Below are positions 10,636-20,756 of a stretch of 64,000 nt of DNA, piece by piece; position 1 is the first letter of the stretch, and every line of letters starts with the position of its first letter. The position numbers and the translations under genes were made by a program. The DNA is from a virus (lineage: Duplodnaviria > Caudoviricetes): positions 184,383-248,382 of IMG/VR virus record IMGVR_UViG_3300031993_000008; one strand, given 5' to 3'. Below the pieces are notes generated by a model. That model ran no database searches. It was given only the letters and a program-made list of their open reading frames with translations, and had not been told where the DNA came from.

Positions 10636-10778
10636 AATAACCTTCTAAATAATTGCTTTAATGTAGTTCTTGACACGGTAGTGTCCATACCTTCCCACCA
10701 ATTTTCAAATCCTTTCTTTGGATGACAATCCCTCTTGTGTGGAAAATGGACAGTCTTTATTCTACCATATGGTTTCAT
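10632..10778 (-). CDS. small hypothetical protein (48 aa, not in ORF track)
   Basis: MKPYGRIKTVHFPHKRDCHPKKGFENWWEG...; ATGA overlaps with both neighbours. Confidence 0.65.
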   Translation of the reverse strand: MKPYGRIKTVHFPHKRDCHPKKGFENWWEGMDTTVSRTTLKQLFRRLL

Positions 10779-10924
10779 AATGTAATCTTCTTATTTTTCA
10801 ATTCTTTCAGTTCATCTTCCAGATTCTCATCCAGTTCAAACTTTGAAATCAGTTTCAGTTTCTTGTTTCTCAGTTTCAAGTCCTGTTGAAACTCTTCAAA
10901 TTCTTTATTTATCTCGTCTCCCAT
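10775..10924 (-). CDS. small coiled-coil protein (49 aa, not in ORF track)
   Basis: MGDEINKEFEEFQQDLKL...; immediately after TTGTTATATTT motif. Confidence 0.55.
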   Translation of the reverse strand: MGDEINKEFEEFQQDLKLRNKKLKLISKFELDENLEDELKELKNKKITL

Positions 10925-10990
10925 ATAACTAAATATAACAAAAAGAGGCAGGAGTTGATGAGTCCTGCCATCTTTTAATGATATAATAAT

Positions 10991-11878
10991 TTAAAGAGTA
11001 AGAATCATATCAATGAGTTCAGGTTGTGGGAAGACATCAAACTTATCCTTCCTGATTGATCCATGACTCAACAATCCCTTGACCTTACCTTTGTAAGCAT
11101 CAGGGTGCATCTCAAATGCCTTGAACTCTCCTTCCTTCTTTATCCATTCATAAAGACCTGAATGGAGGTCGATGTTGTCCCTGTTGGCAACATAGAGAAG
11201 AAGATCATGAAGTACATTCAACTGTTTGTCAGAATATCTGTGCCAGTCCTTGTATCCTCTGAATTTTTCTTTGAGAGTTACAATCTGTTCAGGCATCACA
11301 GCGGTGTTCACATATGTTCTGTTATTCTTGATGTAACCCATATTACAGAGTTCAATACCTACTGAATGGGTGTTCATATAAGATGAACCTGATGAACCTA
11401 TGTGGTATCCCTGGTTTCCTGCCGGATATGACCTGATGAGTTTTCCATCATAGGTACTTCTACTGTCAGTTGTCCTCTGTCCACCTATCACAAACTCTGT
11501 TGCAACTTTACCAAGACTGTCCTTTGCCCAACTGTCAACAACCTGCTTGGGGTTATCCCAACCGGCAGTGTGGTGAAGGATGATGTAACTGTTCAGGTAT
11601 TCACCATTCAGGTATTCCTTTTTGGGAAGATGATACTCCTCAATGTCAACAAATGTCGGAGGTGTTATGATTGGTGTCAGGTCTGTATCAAATTGAGGTA
11701 TGAGTTTCTCAAAGGTCTTCTTTCCCACAATACCATCAGCCAAAAGACCATTTGCTTCCTGGAATTTTTTAACAGCTGCTTCTGTTCCCTTTCCGAAAAT
11801 ACCATCAGCTGTGATATCAAGAGCTTTTTGAATTTGCTTTACCTCTTCTCCTTTACTTCCTACTTTATATACAGACAT
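10991..11878 (-). CDS. endolysin: peptidoglycan-binding domain + Amidase_2
   Basis: DGIFGKGTEAAVKKFQ...DGIVG PG-binding repeat; IILHHTAG, SVGIELCN, SH...RKDKFD. Confidence 0.9.
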   Translation of the reverse strand: MSVYKVGSKGEEVKQIQKALDITADGIFGKGTEAAVKKFQEANGLLADGIVGKKTFEKLIPQFDTDLTPIITPPTFVDIEEYHLPKKEYLNGEYLNSYIILHHTAGWDNPKQVVDSWAKDSLGKVATEFVIGGQRTTDSRSTYDGKLIRSYPAGNQGYHIGSSGSSYMNTHSVGIELCNMGYIKNNRTYVNTAVMPEQIVTLKEKFRGYKDWHRYSDKQLNVLHDLLLYVANRDNIDLHSGLYEWIKKEGEFKAFEMHPDAYKGKVKGLLSHGSIRKDKFDVFPQPELIDMILTL

Positions 11879-11964
11879 AATTTAACTATTTATTGTATAA
11901 TTTATTTATGAGGAGATTACCATAAATACATTATATATAGTGTTTAACAAAAAAATAGACATTT

Positions 11965-14900
11965 ATGAAAATTAAGAATTCCTTAAGCACATATCTTGAG
12001 CAGGCAATGGTTATGACCGGAAACAGTCTGGAGACCATTGATAAAATCAGTGATGCAGTTGTATCATCAGAAGACAGTGTTAAGCTGGTTTTGACAGATC
12101 CAAATGACCCAAAGAAATCAGTGGAATATACCATTCCATCACTCCAGTATTTAAAATCAGAGATTGACAGACTTTCTGCCAGTTTCAACACTATGACCAA
12201 CATTACAGATGGTGCTGGAAGTAAGGTGAGATTGTCCGATGGTTCATACAGGAAGATTATTGCAAGTAAGGTACCAAGTGAAGCACCAACCATTACAAGT
12301 GTGAAAGGTATCACCAATTTCAATTTCAAGTCAAATTGGTTCTTTGAGGATATGCTCAATCCTCTATTGTATGTGACATGGGATATGTCAAGTCAAATCA
12401 GTCCTGACACTGAAAAGGTGATGATTCAAAGATGGATATTGAAGTGTGACACTCAAGCAAAGATTGATACTTTCAATAAAGATATTAAGGGAAGGAATGA
12501 CATTAATTACAAAGAGTTCTTAACTTTCATTAAAGATAATCAAATTAAATATACACTTGATGATGAGATTAAGGATCTTCCACCAAGGTCAAGAAGATAT
12601 TATGGAACATTTTCAGTAATAAGGGTTGAGACTGAAAAGGATTCAAATGGAAATAATGTAAGAAGATATATTCTTGACAGTCTTGAATTTACAGATTCAA
12701 GAAGTGGTTTTGAGAATACAAGAGTACTTACACCTGGTGATTTTGTTGAGGTCAATACAAATCCTGTAACTACCAGGTATGAAGTAATATATGTTGAAGC
12801 ATCAGAGAATAAGATTGGTCTCAAATGTATTGAAGGAAGTGAACCAATAAAGATTGGTGCAGATGTATTGAAAATAAGTGCATCACAGGATACAATTGTT
12901 TCTGTTGATGTTCCTGTTGGTTATAATGAGAGACAGGTTATCTTTGTCAAATCTATTGACCCAGATTCTCATATGCCTTCAACCAGGTGGTCACCGGGTG
13001 TTGGATTCTATACCAATGAATTGACATATAAAGATAATAATGGTACAACACAGACTCTTCAGAAGTTCTATCAGAAGAATGTTGTTGACTTTGGTCAGGT
13101 TCTGCTTTCATATGCTACTGATTATTATCCTTCAATCAGGGAAGGTATCAAACCAAATGCACCTGTCTTGAATTATGCAAATGGTGAAGGTGATTTTAAG
13201 ATTGTTCAGATAAACACTCAACTTACAGAAACTGCTGATGATGAAACATTCAGAAGTGACATTTCTGATAAAGTCAGAATCCAGAGTGAACTTGATAATA
13301 TGGCAGATGAGATTGCTAAAAAGAAAGAACTCATACAATCTTCACAGTATGCAAATACAGATGAACTGATGAAGGCTCAATCAGATTTGAGTACACTCAT
13401 AAACAATCAGTCAATAAAGGTTGCAGAATATAATGCTGTTGTAAATAAGATTAAGGCCAGGGCAGAATCAGGTAATATTGTGACACCTAAATATCGTGTT
13501 CGTGGTTTCTGGAATATACCTGATTCAAAAATAAGTCCTTCTTCAGGAGAACAGAAGATTATCAAATTCAAAATCAGATATAGATATTTGAGTGAATATG
13601 GTAATACAAACAAAGAGGAAGAGTTTACATATAAATCAGGAAATGTAAATGTTACAGGTAGGTTCTCTAACTGGAATGAAATTGAAACAAAAACAAGAAG
13701 GAGAGTAAAAAACGAAAATACAGGTTATTGGGAATGGGAGAAAATAGATACAGCAGATCCAGATGAGGTAAATATCAATCAGTTGGATATTCCTATTAAT
13801 CCTGATGAACAGGTTGAAATTCAGGTGAAGTCTGTCAGTGAAGCAGGTTGGCCAGCCAATCCAATGGAGTCAGACTGGTCTGAACCTATTACTGTGGCAT
13901 TTTCAGAGTTTGGTGAACTCCAGGCAGATGATGTGACAGAACTTGTTGCACAGAATAGGGTGGATGCTGCTGTTGCCAATGTGACAAAGATGTTCAGTGA
14001 AAGTGCTGCACATATGAACACCAGTTTCTACACCAATGATAAGTATTTTGCCCATACTGCTGAAAGTATAACATCTGGTTTCCTGTCACCTGAACAGACA
14101 CCTATCACATTGTATGATAAACTCCAGGAACTTCAGAACCAGATTACAGAGATTATTGAAAGAATCAACAGTGAGGTTGGAGACATTACAGTCAATCTTT
14201 ATGATGATTCTGATGAACATAAGGTATATACACTTACAGAAGGTGGTACAACATATATCTATGCTGGTGATTATATGTCTGCTGTTAAAAATGTAACAGA
14301 CCAGAATGGTGCAATTATCACAAAGAAATACTATATTGATATTTCAACAGATACACAGAGTGGTTTGTTCCTTCTCAGTAAACTGACAGGTAACAGGTTG
14401 TCAATGTGTCCAAATACTATTATAAGTGAAGGTGAGACTGTTGTAGATTCAGTAGAAGATGGTAATGATTATGCAATGTATGATAATGTCATTACACCAA
14501 CTACTGCAAGTGGATTGTATTATAAGGAACAGGGAAGATATGATTTGGTTCCAATTAATCTGACAAATTCAGATATGGTTGATTTACAGATTGCTTCTCC
14601 AAGTATGTATCAGTCTGCACAGTGTAGGGGTCAGTTTATTTATTCACGTTTCAGAAATATAGGTGACACTTTTGATATGTATGCCAACTGTTTGGAAAAT
14701 GCAGAATCTGGAACAACTACTACAACATCAAATGAAGAAGAATCAACAGTTCCACCAACATTTAAGTATAATGCAAAATTTGTAGATGGAGAAAAAACAT
14801 ACAGTTATAGTTCTGCTGCAAGTATTACCCAAGAAAATATTTTGAAGGAATATAATTTATTAACAGGTTCTAATGTACCATTAAACACTACTATACCTGA

Positions 14901-15693
14901 TGGTGTGTATAAAATTATAAATAGACTTCCAAAAACATGGACAAAGGCAGAAACTGCTGTTGGTAATATCCTTAAAGATAAGAAGACAGTAATAAGACTC
15001 TCCAAATCAAAAGGATTAGATGAGTCAACATTAAAGACTGTCAACAAAATGAATATAAGGTTATCAAAACTTTTATCTCAGGAAATGCCTAATACATATA
15101 CTGTTATACCAAAGATACAGACAGCATATGGATTTACTGATTTGGGTAAAATTTATAATGATGAACTTGGAGAAATTGATGAAGATACAACATTTGTAAC
15201 AACCCATAAGATTGGATATGAAGATAAGGATAAGTATGGTAAGGGTCCAGAAACTTGTGATTCATTTTTGTTCTTGAGTCCTGTTAGTCATACTGATATT
15301 CAGGTTGATGGAGATACATTTGATTCAAGTAAGAAACTGAAGAGTGGTGAATCATTAAGAGTTCCTGTTATTTATCAGTATAGAATGACAGATTATGAGG
15401 GTAAGATTTTTGGTACATATGAGAATAATACAGATCCAATTATTGTAAATACAAAATATGCCAACATCATAGGTATTGACATCTGGACAGACAGGAATGC
15501 ACAGAGACCAAAACAGTATGATATCATTGTTTATTCTACTTATGGTACTACAACAAATACCAACACAAGTACTACAAAGACTTCATCACAGCAGACTTTG
15601 ATAAATGTTGGTAATAAGATTGCCAAGAATCTTAATAACTTGATTACATCCAGCAAGACTGTTCCAAAACTTAAAAGAAATTTGAAAAAGTAA
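11965..15693 (+). CDS. large virion structural protein (baseplate/tail-like), 1242 aa
   Basis: Long ORF under CATAAATA (11921); central coiled coil and an FnIII-like segment (QVKSVSEAGW...SDWSEP). Confidence 0.6.
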   Translation: MKIKNSLSTYLEQAMVMTGNSLETIDKISDAVVSSEDSVKLVLTDPNDPKKSVEYTIPSLQYLKSEIDRLSASFNTMTNITDGAGSKVRLSDGSYRKIIASKVPSEAPTITSVKGITNFNFKSNWFFEDMLNPLLYVTWDMSSQISPDTEKVMIQRWILKCDTQAKIDTFNKDIKGRNDINYKEFLTFIKDNQIKYTLDDEIKDLPPRSRRYYGTFSVIRVETEKDSNGNNVRRYILDSLEFTDSRSGFENTRVLTPGDFVEVNTNPVTTRYEVIYVEASENKIGLKCIEGSEPIKIGADVLKISASQDTIVSVDVPVGYNERQVIFVKSIDPDSHMPSTRWSPGVGFYTNELTYKDNNGTTQTLQKFYQKNVVDFGQVLLSYATDYYPSIREGIKPNAPVLNYANGEGDFKIVQINTQLTETADDETFRSDISDKVRIQSELDNMADEIAKKKELIQSSQYANTDELMKAQSDLSTLINNQSIKVAEYNAVVNKIKARAESGNIVTPKYRVRGFWNIPDSKISPSSGEQKIIKFKIRYRYLSEYGNTNKEEEFTYKSGNVNVTGRFSNWNEIETKTRRRVKNENTGYWEWEKIDTADPDEVNINQLDIPINPDEQVEIQVKSVSEAGWPANPMESDWSEPITVAFSEFGELQADDVTELVAQNRVDAAVANVTKMFSESAAHMNTSFYTNDKYFAHTAESITSGFLSPEQTPITLYDKLQELQNQITEIIERINSEVGDITVNLYDDSDEHKVYTLTEGGTTYIYAGDYMSAVKNVTDQNGAIITKKYYIDISTDTQSGLFLLSKLTGNRLSMCPNTIISEGETVVDSVEDGNDYAMYDNVITPTTASGLYYKEQGRYDLVPINLTNSDMVDLQIASPSMYQSAQCRGQFIYSRFRNIGDTFDMYANCLENAESGTTTTTSNEEESTVPPTFKYNAKFVDGEKTYSYSSAASITQENILKEYNLLTGSNVPLNTTIPDGVYKIINRLPKTWTKAETAVGNILKDKKTVIRLSKSKGLDESTLKTVNKMNIRLSKLLSQEMPNTYTVIPKIQTAYGFTDLGKIYNDELGEIDEDTTFVTTHKIGYEDKDKYGKGPETCDSFLFLSPVSHTDIQVDGDTFDSSKKLKSGESLRVPVIYQYRMTDYEGKIFGTYENNTDPIIVNTKYANIIGIDIWTDRNAQRPKQYDIIVYSTYGTTTNTNTSTTKTSSQQTLINVGNKIAKNLNNLITSSKTVPKLKRNLKK

Positions 15694-15699
15694 TATTGA

Positions 15700-15733
15700 A
15701 AATGGGAGAAATTAATGATATTTCTCCCATTTG
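15700..15733 (+). terminator. intrinsic terminator
   Basis: AAATGGGAGAAAT...ATTTCTCCCATTT. Confidence 0.7.
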
Positions 15734-15777
15734 CTTTTCATAAATAATATATAAGAAACAACCATAAAAACAATAAT

Positions 15778-17223
15778 ATGAAAAAGAATTACAATTACAA
15801 CTATGTAAATAGAACAACTGTTAAAAAACCAGCAGTAGAGTATGGTAATGTTGAAGTTGCTTCTTGTACATCTTCAAAGTTGAAGGATGAGGCCATTTCT
15901 AATGGTATAGTATGGCATACAACAGATACCAATGAGTTCTATTATGATTGGAATGGTAAGAGAATTAAATTGAGTCTTACTGGTGACAATGCAAGTATGG
16001 CAGCAGAAATCAATAAGATCAAATCAGATGTTGCCAAACTGAATCCTGAAAATTTGGATGCCCTTGAAACCAAAGTTAATACAGCTGTTTCAAAAGTTAA
16101 CACAATGTCTACAAGAGTTAACAATGCTGTTTCTACTGCACAGAGTGCAGCACAGGCAGCACAGGATGCTGCATCACAGGTTGAAGGTAAAGTCAATGCA
16201 TCTGATTTAGCAGAAGTTGCCACAAGTGGTAGTTACAATGACTTGTCTGATAAACCAAATCTCAATAATTATGCAACAAAGAGTGAGATTCCTTCAGTTG
16301 AAGGTCTTGCATCAGAGTCTTGGGTAGAAGGTAAGGGTTATCTTACTGAACACCAGTCATTGAGTGCATATGCAAAGAAGACAGATATTCCAGATGTTAG
16401 TAATCTTGCAACAAAGAGTGAGATTCCTTCAGTTGAAGGTCTTGCATCAGAGTCTTGGGTAGAAGGTAAGGGTTATCTTACTTCACACCAGGATATTTCT
16501 GGTAAGGCAGATAAGGCAGAACTTCCTACAAAGGTCAGTGATTTGACAAATGATGCCGGTTACCTCAAGGAGGAAGACCTTCCTGATTTCTTGACTGACA
16601 GTGACCTTCCAGATATGACAGAAGGTTCATTCCCAACTGGTGATGATGTTGAACATGCAAGTGCTGATGCTGATGGTCTTGCAACAGTCCAGGATGTAAT
16701 GGACTATGTCCGTGCATACTTTGAAAAAAAAAAGGATGAGTTAGAACCAGAAGGTTCAGAAGTTCCTGTTGCAATACCTTATCTTTATACCAATGGTTAT
16801 AAGAGGGGTGACACAGCAACTGAACTGACAGACCCTCTTAATGCATATGAGATTGAACTTGATGGTAATGGTGAGTTTGTAATTGAACTCCTCCACAAGG
16901 ATGAGTCAGATGGTTACTTTGATCCAGAAGGTGACCCAGCAGATAATGATCCTGGTATATATTTCAAGGTTATTCTTCCTACCGGATATAATATGACAGT
17001 TTATTCTTGGAATCCAGAAGCAACAGGTGATGATAAATATGAATTGGCTTCAACAAATGATCCAGGATCTAATTTGGTTGCCTATGATGTAACACCAGAT
17101 AATACAACATATTATTACAGTGTTGTTGCTATTAAATATTTGTGGGGTGGAGGTAAAGGTGTAGAGAATTCTATTAATACATATGGTCATCTTCTCAAAG
17201 TAGTTGTTACAAAGAATATTTAA
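15778..17223 (+). CDS. fibre-like virion protein with repeats
   Basis: VATSGSYNDL, GYLTEHQ, PTKVSDLTNDAGY repeats typical of phage fibre shafts; late motif at 15739. Confidence 0.7.
   Translation: MKKNYNYNYVNRTTVKKPAVEYGNVEVASCTSSKLKDEAISNGIVWHTTDTNEFYYDWNGKRIKLSLTGDNASMAAEINKIKSDVAKLNPENLDALETKVNTAVSKVNTMSTRVNNAVSTAQSAAQAAQDAASQVEGKVNASDLAEVATSGSYNDLSDKPNLNNYATKSEIPSVEGLASESWVEGKGYLTEHQSLSAYAKKTDIPDVSNLATKSEIPSVEGLASESWVEGKGYLTSHQDISGKADKAELPTKVSDLTNDAGYLKEEDLPDFLTDSDLPDMTEGSFPTGDDVEHASADADGLATVQDVMDYVRAYFEKKKDELEPEGSEVPVAIPYLYTNGYKRGDTATELTDPLNAYEIELDGNGEFVIELLHKDESDGYFDPEGDPADNDPGIYFKVILPTGYNMTVYSWNPEATGDDKYELASTNDPGSNLVAYDVTPDNTTYYYSVVAIKYLWGGGKGVENSINTYGHLLKVVVTKNI
16272..16482 (+). repeat. 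exact 76-bp intragenic direct repeat, period 135 bp
   Basis: 16272-16347 = 16407-16482. Confidence 0.9.
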
Positions 17224-17242
17224 AATAAACACATAATAAGAT

Positions 17243-19534
17243 ATGGGAAAAATTTATGATGGTAGTGCTCCATTATCAAAAGTGTATGATGTAAGTATCA
17301 ATGCACCTCTTGATAATAGAATTGCAGTCAGATATGTTGCGGACTTGACTACTGGTGAGAATGGAGGTATTGCTGCTCAAGTTTATAAAGGTATGATTGT
17401 ATATGTACAGGAAGATAACTCTTTGTACATTTATACTGGTCAGTCTAATAATAAATGGAAAACATCAACAGGTAAACTTGTAAATGGCGGTGATATAAAC
17501 AACTGGAAGAAAGTTGACTCATTCCTTGATCCTTCAGTTAACCTTCAGTACTATGCAGAAAAGATTGGTGCCAAAATCTTTGAGACTGAAGATGAACTGA
17601 CAGGTACAATTGATTCAGCATATCGTGGAATGTTCGCTGTTGTTACTGGAGATTCAGATGAAACAACAGTTGAAGAAACAGGTTTGTATATTCTCCTTGA
17701 TGATGACAATACCAACATTGCTAACTGGATGAAGATTGATTCAGGTAATGGTGATTATGTCACAAGAGATGAACTTGATGAATATCTCAAGAAGAATGAA
17801 CTTCCTGATTTCCTGACAGACAGTGACCTTGACGGTTATGTAAAGGTTGAAGATCTTGATGGTTATTTGAAACCAGAGGATATTGCAGACCTTGCTTCAA
17901 AATCAGATCTTGATGGTTATGTGAAGGTTCAGGATGCACTTGATTTCCTGACAGACAGTGACCTTGACGGTTATGCAACAGAACAATGGGTAGAAAACCA
18001 GGGTTACCTTAAAGAACACCAGTCACTTGACGGTTATGCAACAGAACAATGGGTAGAAAATAAAGGTTATCTTACAGAACATCAGGATTTGAGTGACTAT
18101 GCAAAGCATGTTGATCTCATTGACTTCCTTACAAATGAAGACCTTGGTGACTATGTAAAGAGAGAGGAACTCACACCTTATCTTACAGCAGAAGATATTG
18201 AAGACCTTGCTGCAAAGTCAGACCTTGATGGTTATGTAAAGAAAGAGGATGCTCTTGAATATCTTACAGCAAGTGACCTTGACATATATGCTACCAAGAG
18301 TTATGTTGACAAGAAGATTACTGACCTTGTTGGTGGTGCCCCAGAAACACTTGACACATTGAAAGAAATAGCAGAAGCACTTGAGGATAATGCCACAATG
18401 CAGATGGTTTCAGATGCCATCTCAACAAAGGCCAACAGTGCTGATGTATATAAGAAGAATGAGGTTTATACCAAGGCTGAGGTTGATGTAAAGATTGATG
18501 CACTTCCTGATGAGGGTACATTCCCGGAGATTGGAGACAGTGAAGCAGAGTTCAATGATGGTCTTGCAACTGTTGGAGGTGTTATAGATTATGTTGCTGA
18601 TGCAATTTCAGAAGCAGCACCAGACTTGAGTGGTTTTGCAGAGAAGTCTGAAATTCCAACCAAAGTGAGTGACCTTGCAAATGATGCAGGTTATATTACA
18701 GAACACCAGGATTTGAGTGACTATGCCACAAAGGATGAGATTCCTACTGTTCCTGAAAATGTAAGTGAGTTCACAAATGATGCTGGTTACCTTACCGAAC
18801 ATCAGTCACTTGAAGACTATGCTACCAAGGATTATGTTGATATTGCCATAGCAACTGTTCCTGAACATTCAGAGGTTATAACAACAGATGGTACACAGCC
18901 AACATCAGGTAGTGGTATTTCTGTTTCAGATAATTCAGAGAATGCATTTGTTGAAGAGGTTTATGTTGATGATTATCTCCATGCTGGCATTTACTACACA
19001 AGTAAGGGTATTGCCAGTTCAGATAAGAATGGAGGCAGTGAACTTGAAGGTGTAGGACATATTGTATTATCCAATGGTGGAAATTCTTGGATTAAGATAA
19101 ATTCAAGAGGTGTAATGACTGTACTTATTGAAGATGATTCACTTGGATTCAATGCAGAAAATATTGTTGGTCTTATTTCAAATGATCATGAATATATAAA
19201 TCCTTATGAAGGACATGCATATCCAGGTTCTCGTCTTACATTCTCTCTTGGTGGTGGTGATATGATCAAGTTTAATATTGATGTTGACTTCACTGGATTT
19301 ACTGAAGTAAGGGATGATGAGTCAGAGGAATACATCTTTGGTCAGACAGGTAGTAACTATGAAGACATTGACTTCTATTCAGTAAATGTTCTACCAACAG
19401 TAAATGCTTATGTGGATGGTGTTTCCACCAGAGTATTGACTGAGGGTGACAAGCTTGAACTTGCTAATATGATTGATGAGAAATCATCAATTCAACCAAT
19501 TTCCAACCAGGAAATTTTGAATTTGTTTATTTAA
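17243..19534 (+). CDS. fibre-like virion protein with DLDGY/YLTEHQ repeats
   Basis: Repeats plus GAPETLDTLKEIAEAL fibre motif; highly acidic. Confidence 0.75.
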   Translation: MGKIYDGSAPLSKVYDVSINAPLDNRIAVRYVADLTTGENGGIAAQVYKGMIVYVQEDNSLYIYTGQSNNKWKTSTGKLVNGGDINNWKKVDSFLDPSVNLQYYAEKIGAKIFETEDELTGTIDSAYRGMFAVVTGDSDETTVEETGLYILLDDDNTNIANWMKIDSGNGDYVTRDELDEYLKKNELPDFLTDSDLDGYVKVEDLDGYLKPEDIADLASKSDLDGYVKVQDALDFLTDSDLDGYATEQWVENQGYLKEHQSLDGYATEQWVENKGYLTEHQDLSDYAKHVDLIDFLTNEDLGDYVKREELTPYLTAEDIEDLAAKSDLDGYVKKEDALEYLTASDLDIYATKSYVDKKITDLVGGAPETLDTLKEIAEALEDNATMQMVSDAISTKANSADVYKKNEVYTKAEVDVKIDALPDEGTFPEIGDSEAEFNDGLATVGGVIDYVADAISEAAPDLSGFAEKSEIPTKVSDLANDAGYITEHQDLSDYATKDEIPTVPENVSEFTNDAGYLTEHQSLEDYATKDYVDIAIATVPEHSEVITTDGTQPTSGSGISVSDNSENAFVEEVYVDDYLHAGIYYTSKGIASSDKNGGSELEGVGHIVLSNGGNSWIKINSRGVMTVLIEDDSLGFNAENIVGLISNDHEYINPYEGHAYPGSRLTFSLGGGDMIKFNIDVDFTGFTEVRDDESEEYIFGQTGSNYEDIDFYSVNVLPTVNAYVDGVSTRVLTEGDKLELANMIDEKSSIQPISNQEILNLFI

Positions 19535-19558
19535 GAAAAAATAAATTGAGTAAATATA

Positions 19559-19927
19559 ATGGACAACGCAGAAAAATATTTGAGTTATGAGGGTCTTGCT
19601 ACTTATCAGGATGAATTGATAAGAAGATTGACAGACCTTGATTATGACCCTAACAGAATGTTTGCAGACAAGACAGAGTTATTCTCATTGGAGAAATGGG
19701 GTGTAAACAGGTTTGGTAGAGTTGTAGGATTGAAGGAAGGTTTGATGATCACCATTGATGGTCAAATCTGGCAGCTTGAAGATCCTGTGGTGTTCAATGG
19801 TATTCTTTCCGGAAGTCAACCTGTGGAACAAAAGGTTCTTATTCCTATGGAAGATTTGGGTTGGAAAATTGTTGGCAACACTGTGGATTTTAATATCAAT
19901 AACCATACTTTGGAATTGACAAAATAA
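19559..19927 (+). CDS. hypothetical fibre-associated protein
   Basis: KYLSYEGLATY N-terminus; co-transcribed with fibre genes. Confidence 0.55.
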   Translation: MDNAEKYLSYEGLATYQDELIRRLTDLDYDPNRMFADKTELFSLEKWGVNRFGRVVGLKEGLMITIDGQIWQLEDPVVFNGILSGSQPVEQKVLIPMEDLGWKIVGNTVDFNINNHTLELTK

Positions 19928-19945
19928 GTTGACATAATAAGTATT

Positions 19946-19982
19946 AAATGTTGGTCAGAAGGTATTCTGACCAACATTTTTT
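19946..19982 (+). terminator. intrinsic terminator
   Basis: AAATGTTGGTCAGAA-ggta-TTCTGACCAACATTTT. Confidence 0.85.
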
Positions 19983-20029
19983 ATTATTTCATAAATATCT
20001 TGAAGGTTTAATCTTTAATAACTTTATAA

Positions 20030-20755
20030 ATGATTGTAGTTACATTGACATCCTGGACAAAGAGAATCAAAAATGTCAAGGTTGTTGTAGAAAGTATAAT
20101 GAACAATACTGTCCAACCAGACAGGGTATATCTTAATTTAAGTCAGACAGAGTTTGAGGGAATTGAATTACCCAAGGACCTGGTTGACTATTTTAATTCA
20201 GATGAGAGACTCATCATCAACTGGGTTCCAGGACCAAATACCAAGTCAATGAAGAAAATATTTCCAATCCTGAAATATCTTCAGGATGATGATATTATTA
20301 TTGATGCTGATGATGATATTCTGTTTCCAAAGGATTTGATTGAAAGCAGACTGAAAGACTTTGAAGACAATGGCAGAAAATTCTGCATCACTTCCAATAC
20401 ACACAGAAGTGTAGGTTTCGAGGGAAAGATGTTGGTTGTATCTGCAATATCCCTGTTCCAGAAAAAGATGTTGAACCACTGGCAGAAATTTGTGAACCAG
20501 GTTATATTGAATACAAACAATGATGACAGGACATACCTTCATCTTATCTGGTTGAATGGATATCTCAACAGGGGTTGTACAAAATGGGATATACAAACCT
20601 TACTTGAGAAGTATGATATGAATGTTGGATTCACCTTGGGTTCTGTGGTGGGGACAGGGTTCAAGACAGGAAGAATATATGACAGGATTGCCCAGAGGGA
20701 ATTCAATAAGATTGCAGAAAGAGAAGTATATAAATCATTTGGTTTTTGGAAATAA
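20030..20755 (+). CDS. GT-A fold glycosyltransferase
   Basis: VTLTSW..RI, IIIDADDDI (DxD), NNDD. Confidence 0.8.
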   Translation: MIVVTLTSWTKRIKNVKVVVESIMNNTVQPDRVYLNLSQTEFEGIELPKDLVDYFNSDERLIINWVPGPNTKSMKKIFPILKYLQDDDIIIDADDDILFPKDLIESRLKDFEDNGRKFCITSNTHRSVGFEGKMLVVSAISLFQKKMLNHWQKFVNQVILNTNNDDRTYLHLIWLNGYLNRGCTKWDIQTLLEKYDMNVGFTLGSVVGTGFKTGRIYDRIAQREFNKIAEREVYKSFGFWK

Positions 20756-20756
20756 T

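Noticed and set aside
10632-10778. Possible frameshift in small ORF upstream of uvsY
   Set aside because: Re-reading shows an intact 48-aa frame.
20622-20756. Tracked N-terminal extension of the kinase fusion
   Set aside because: Overlaps the upstream glycosyltransferase; ATG at 20757 directly after its stop is the likelier start.
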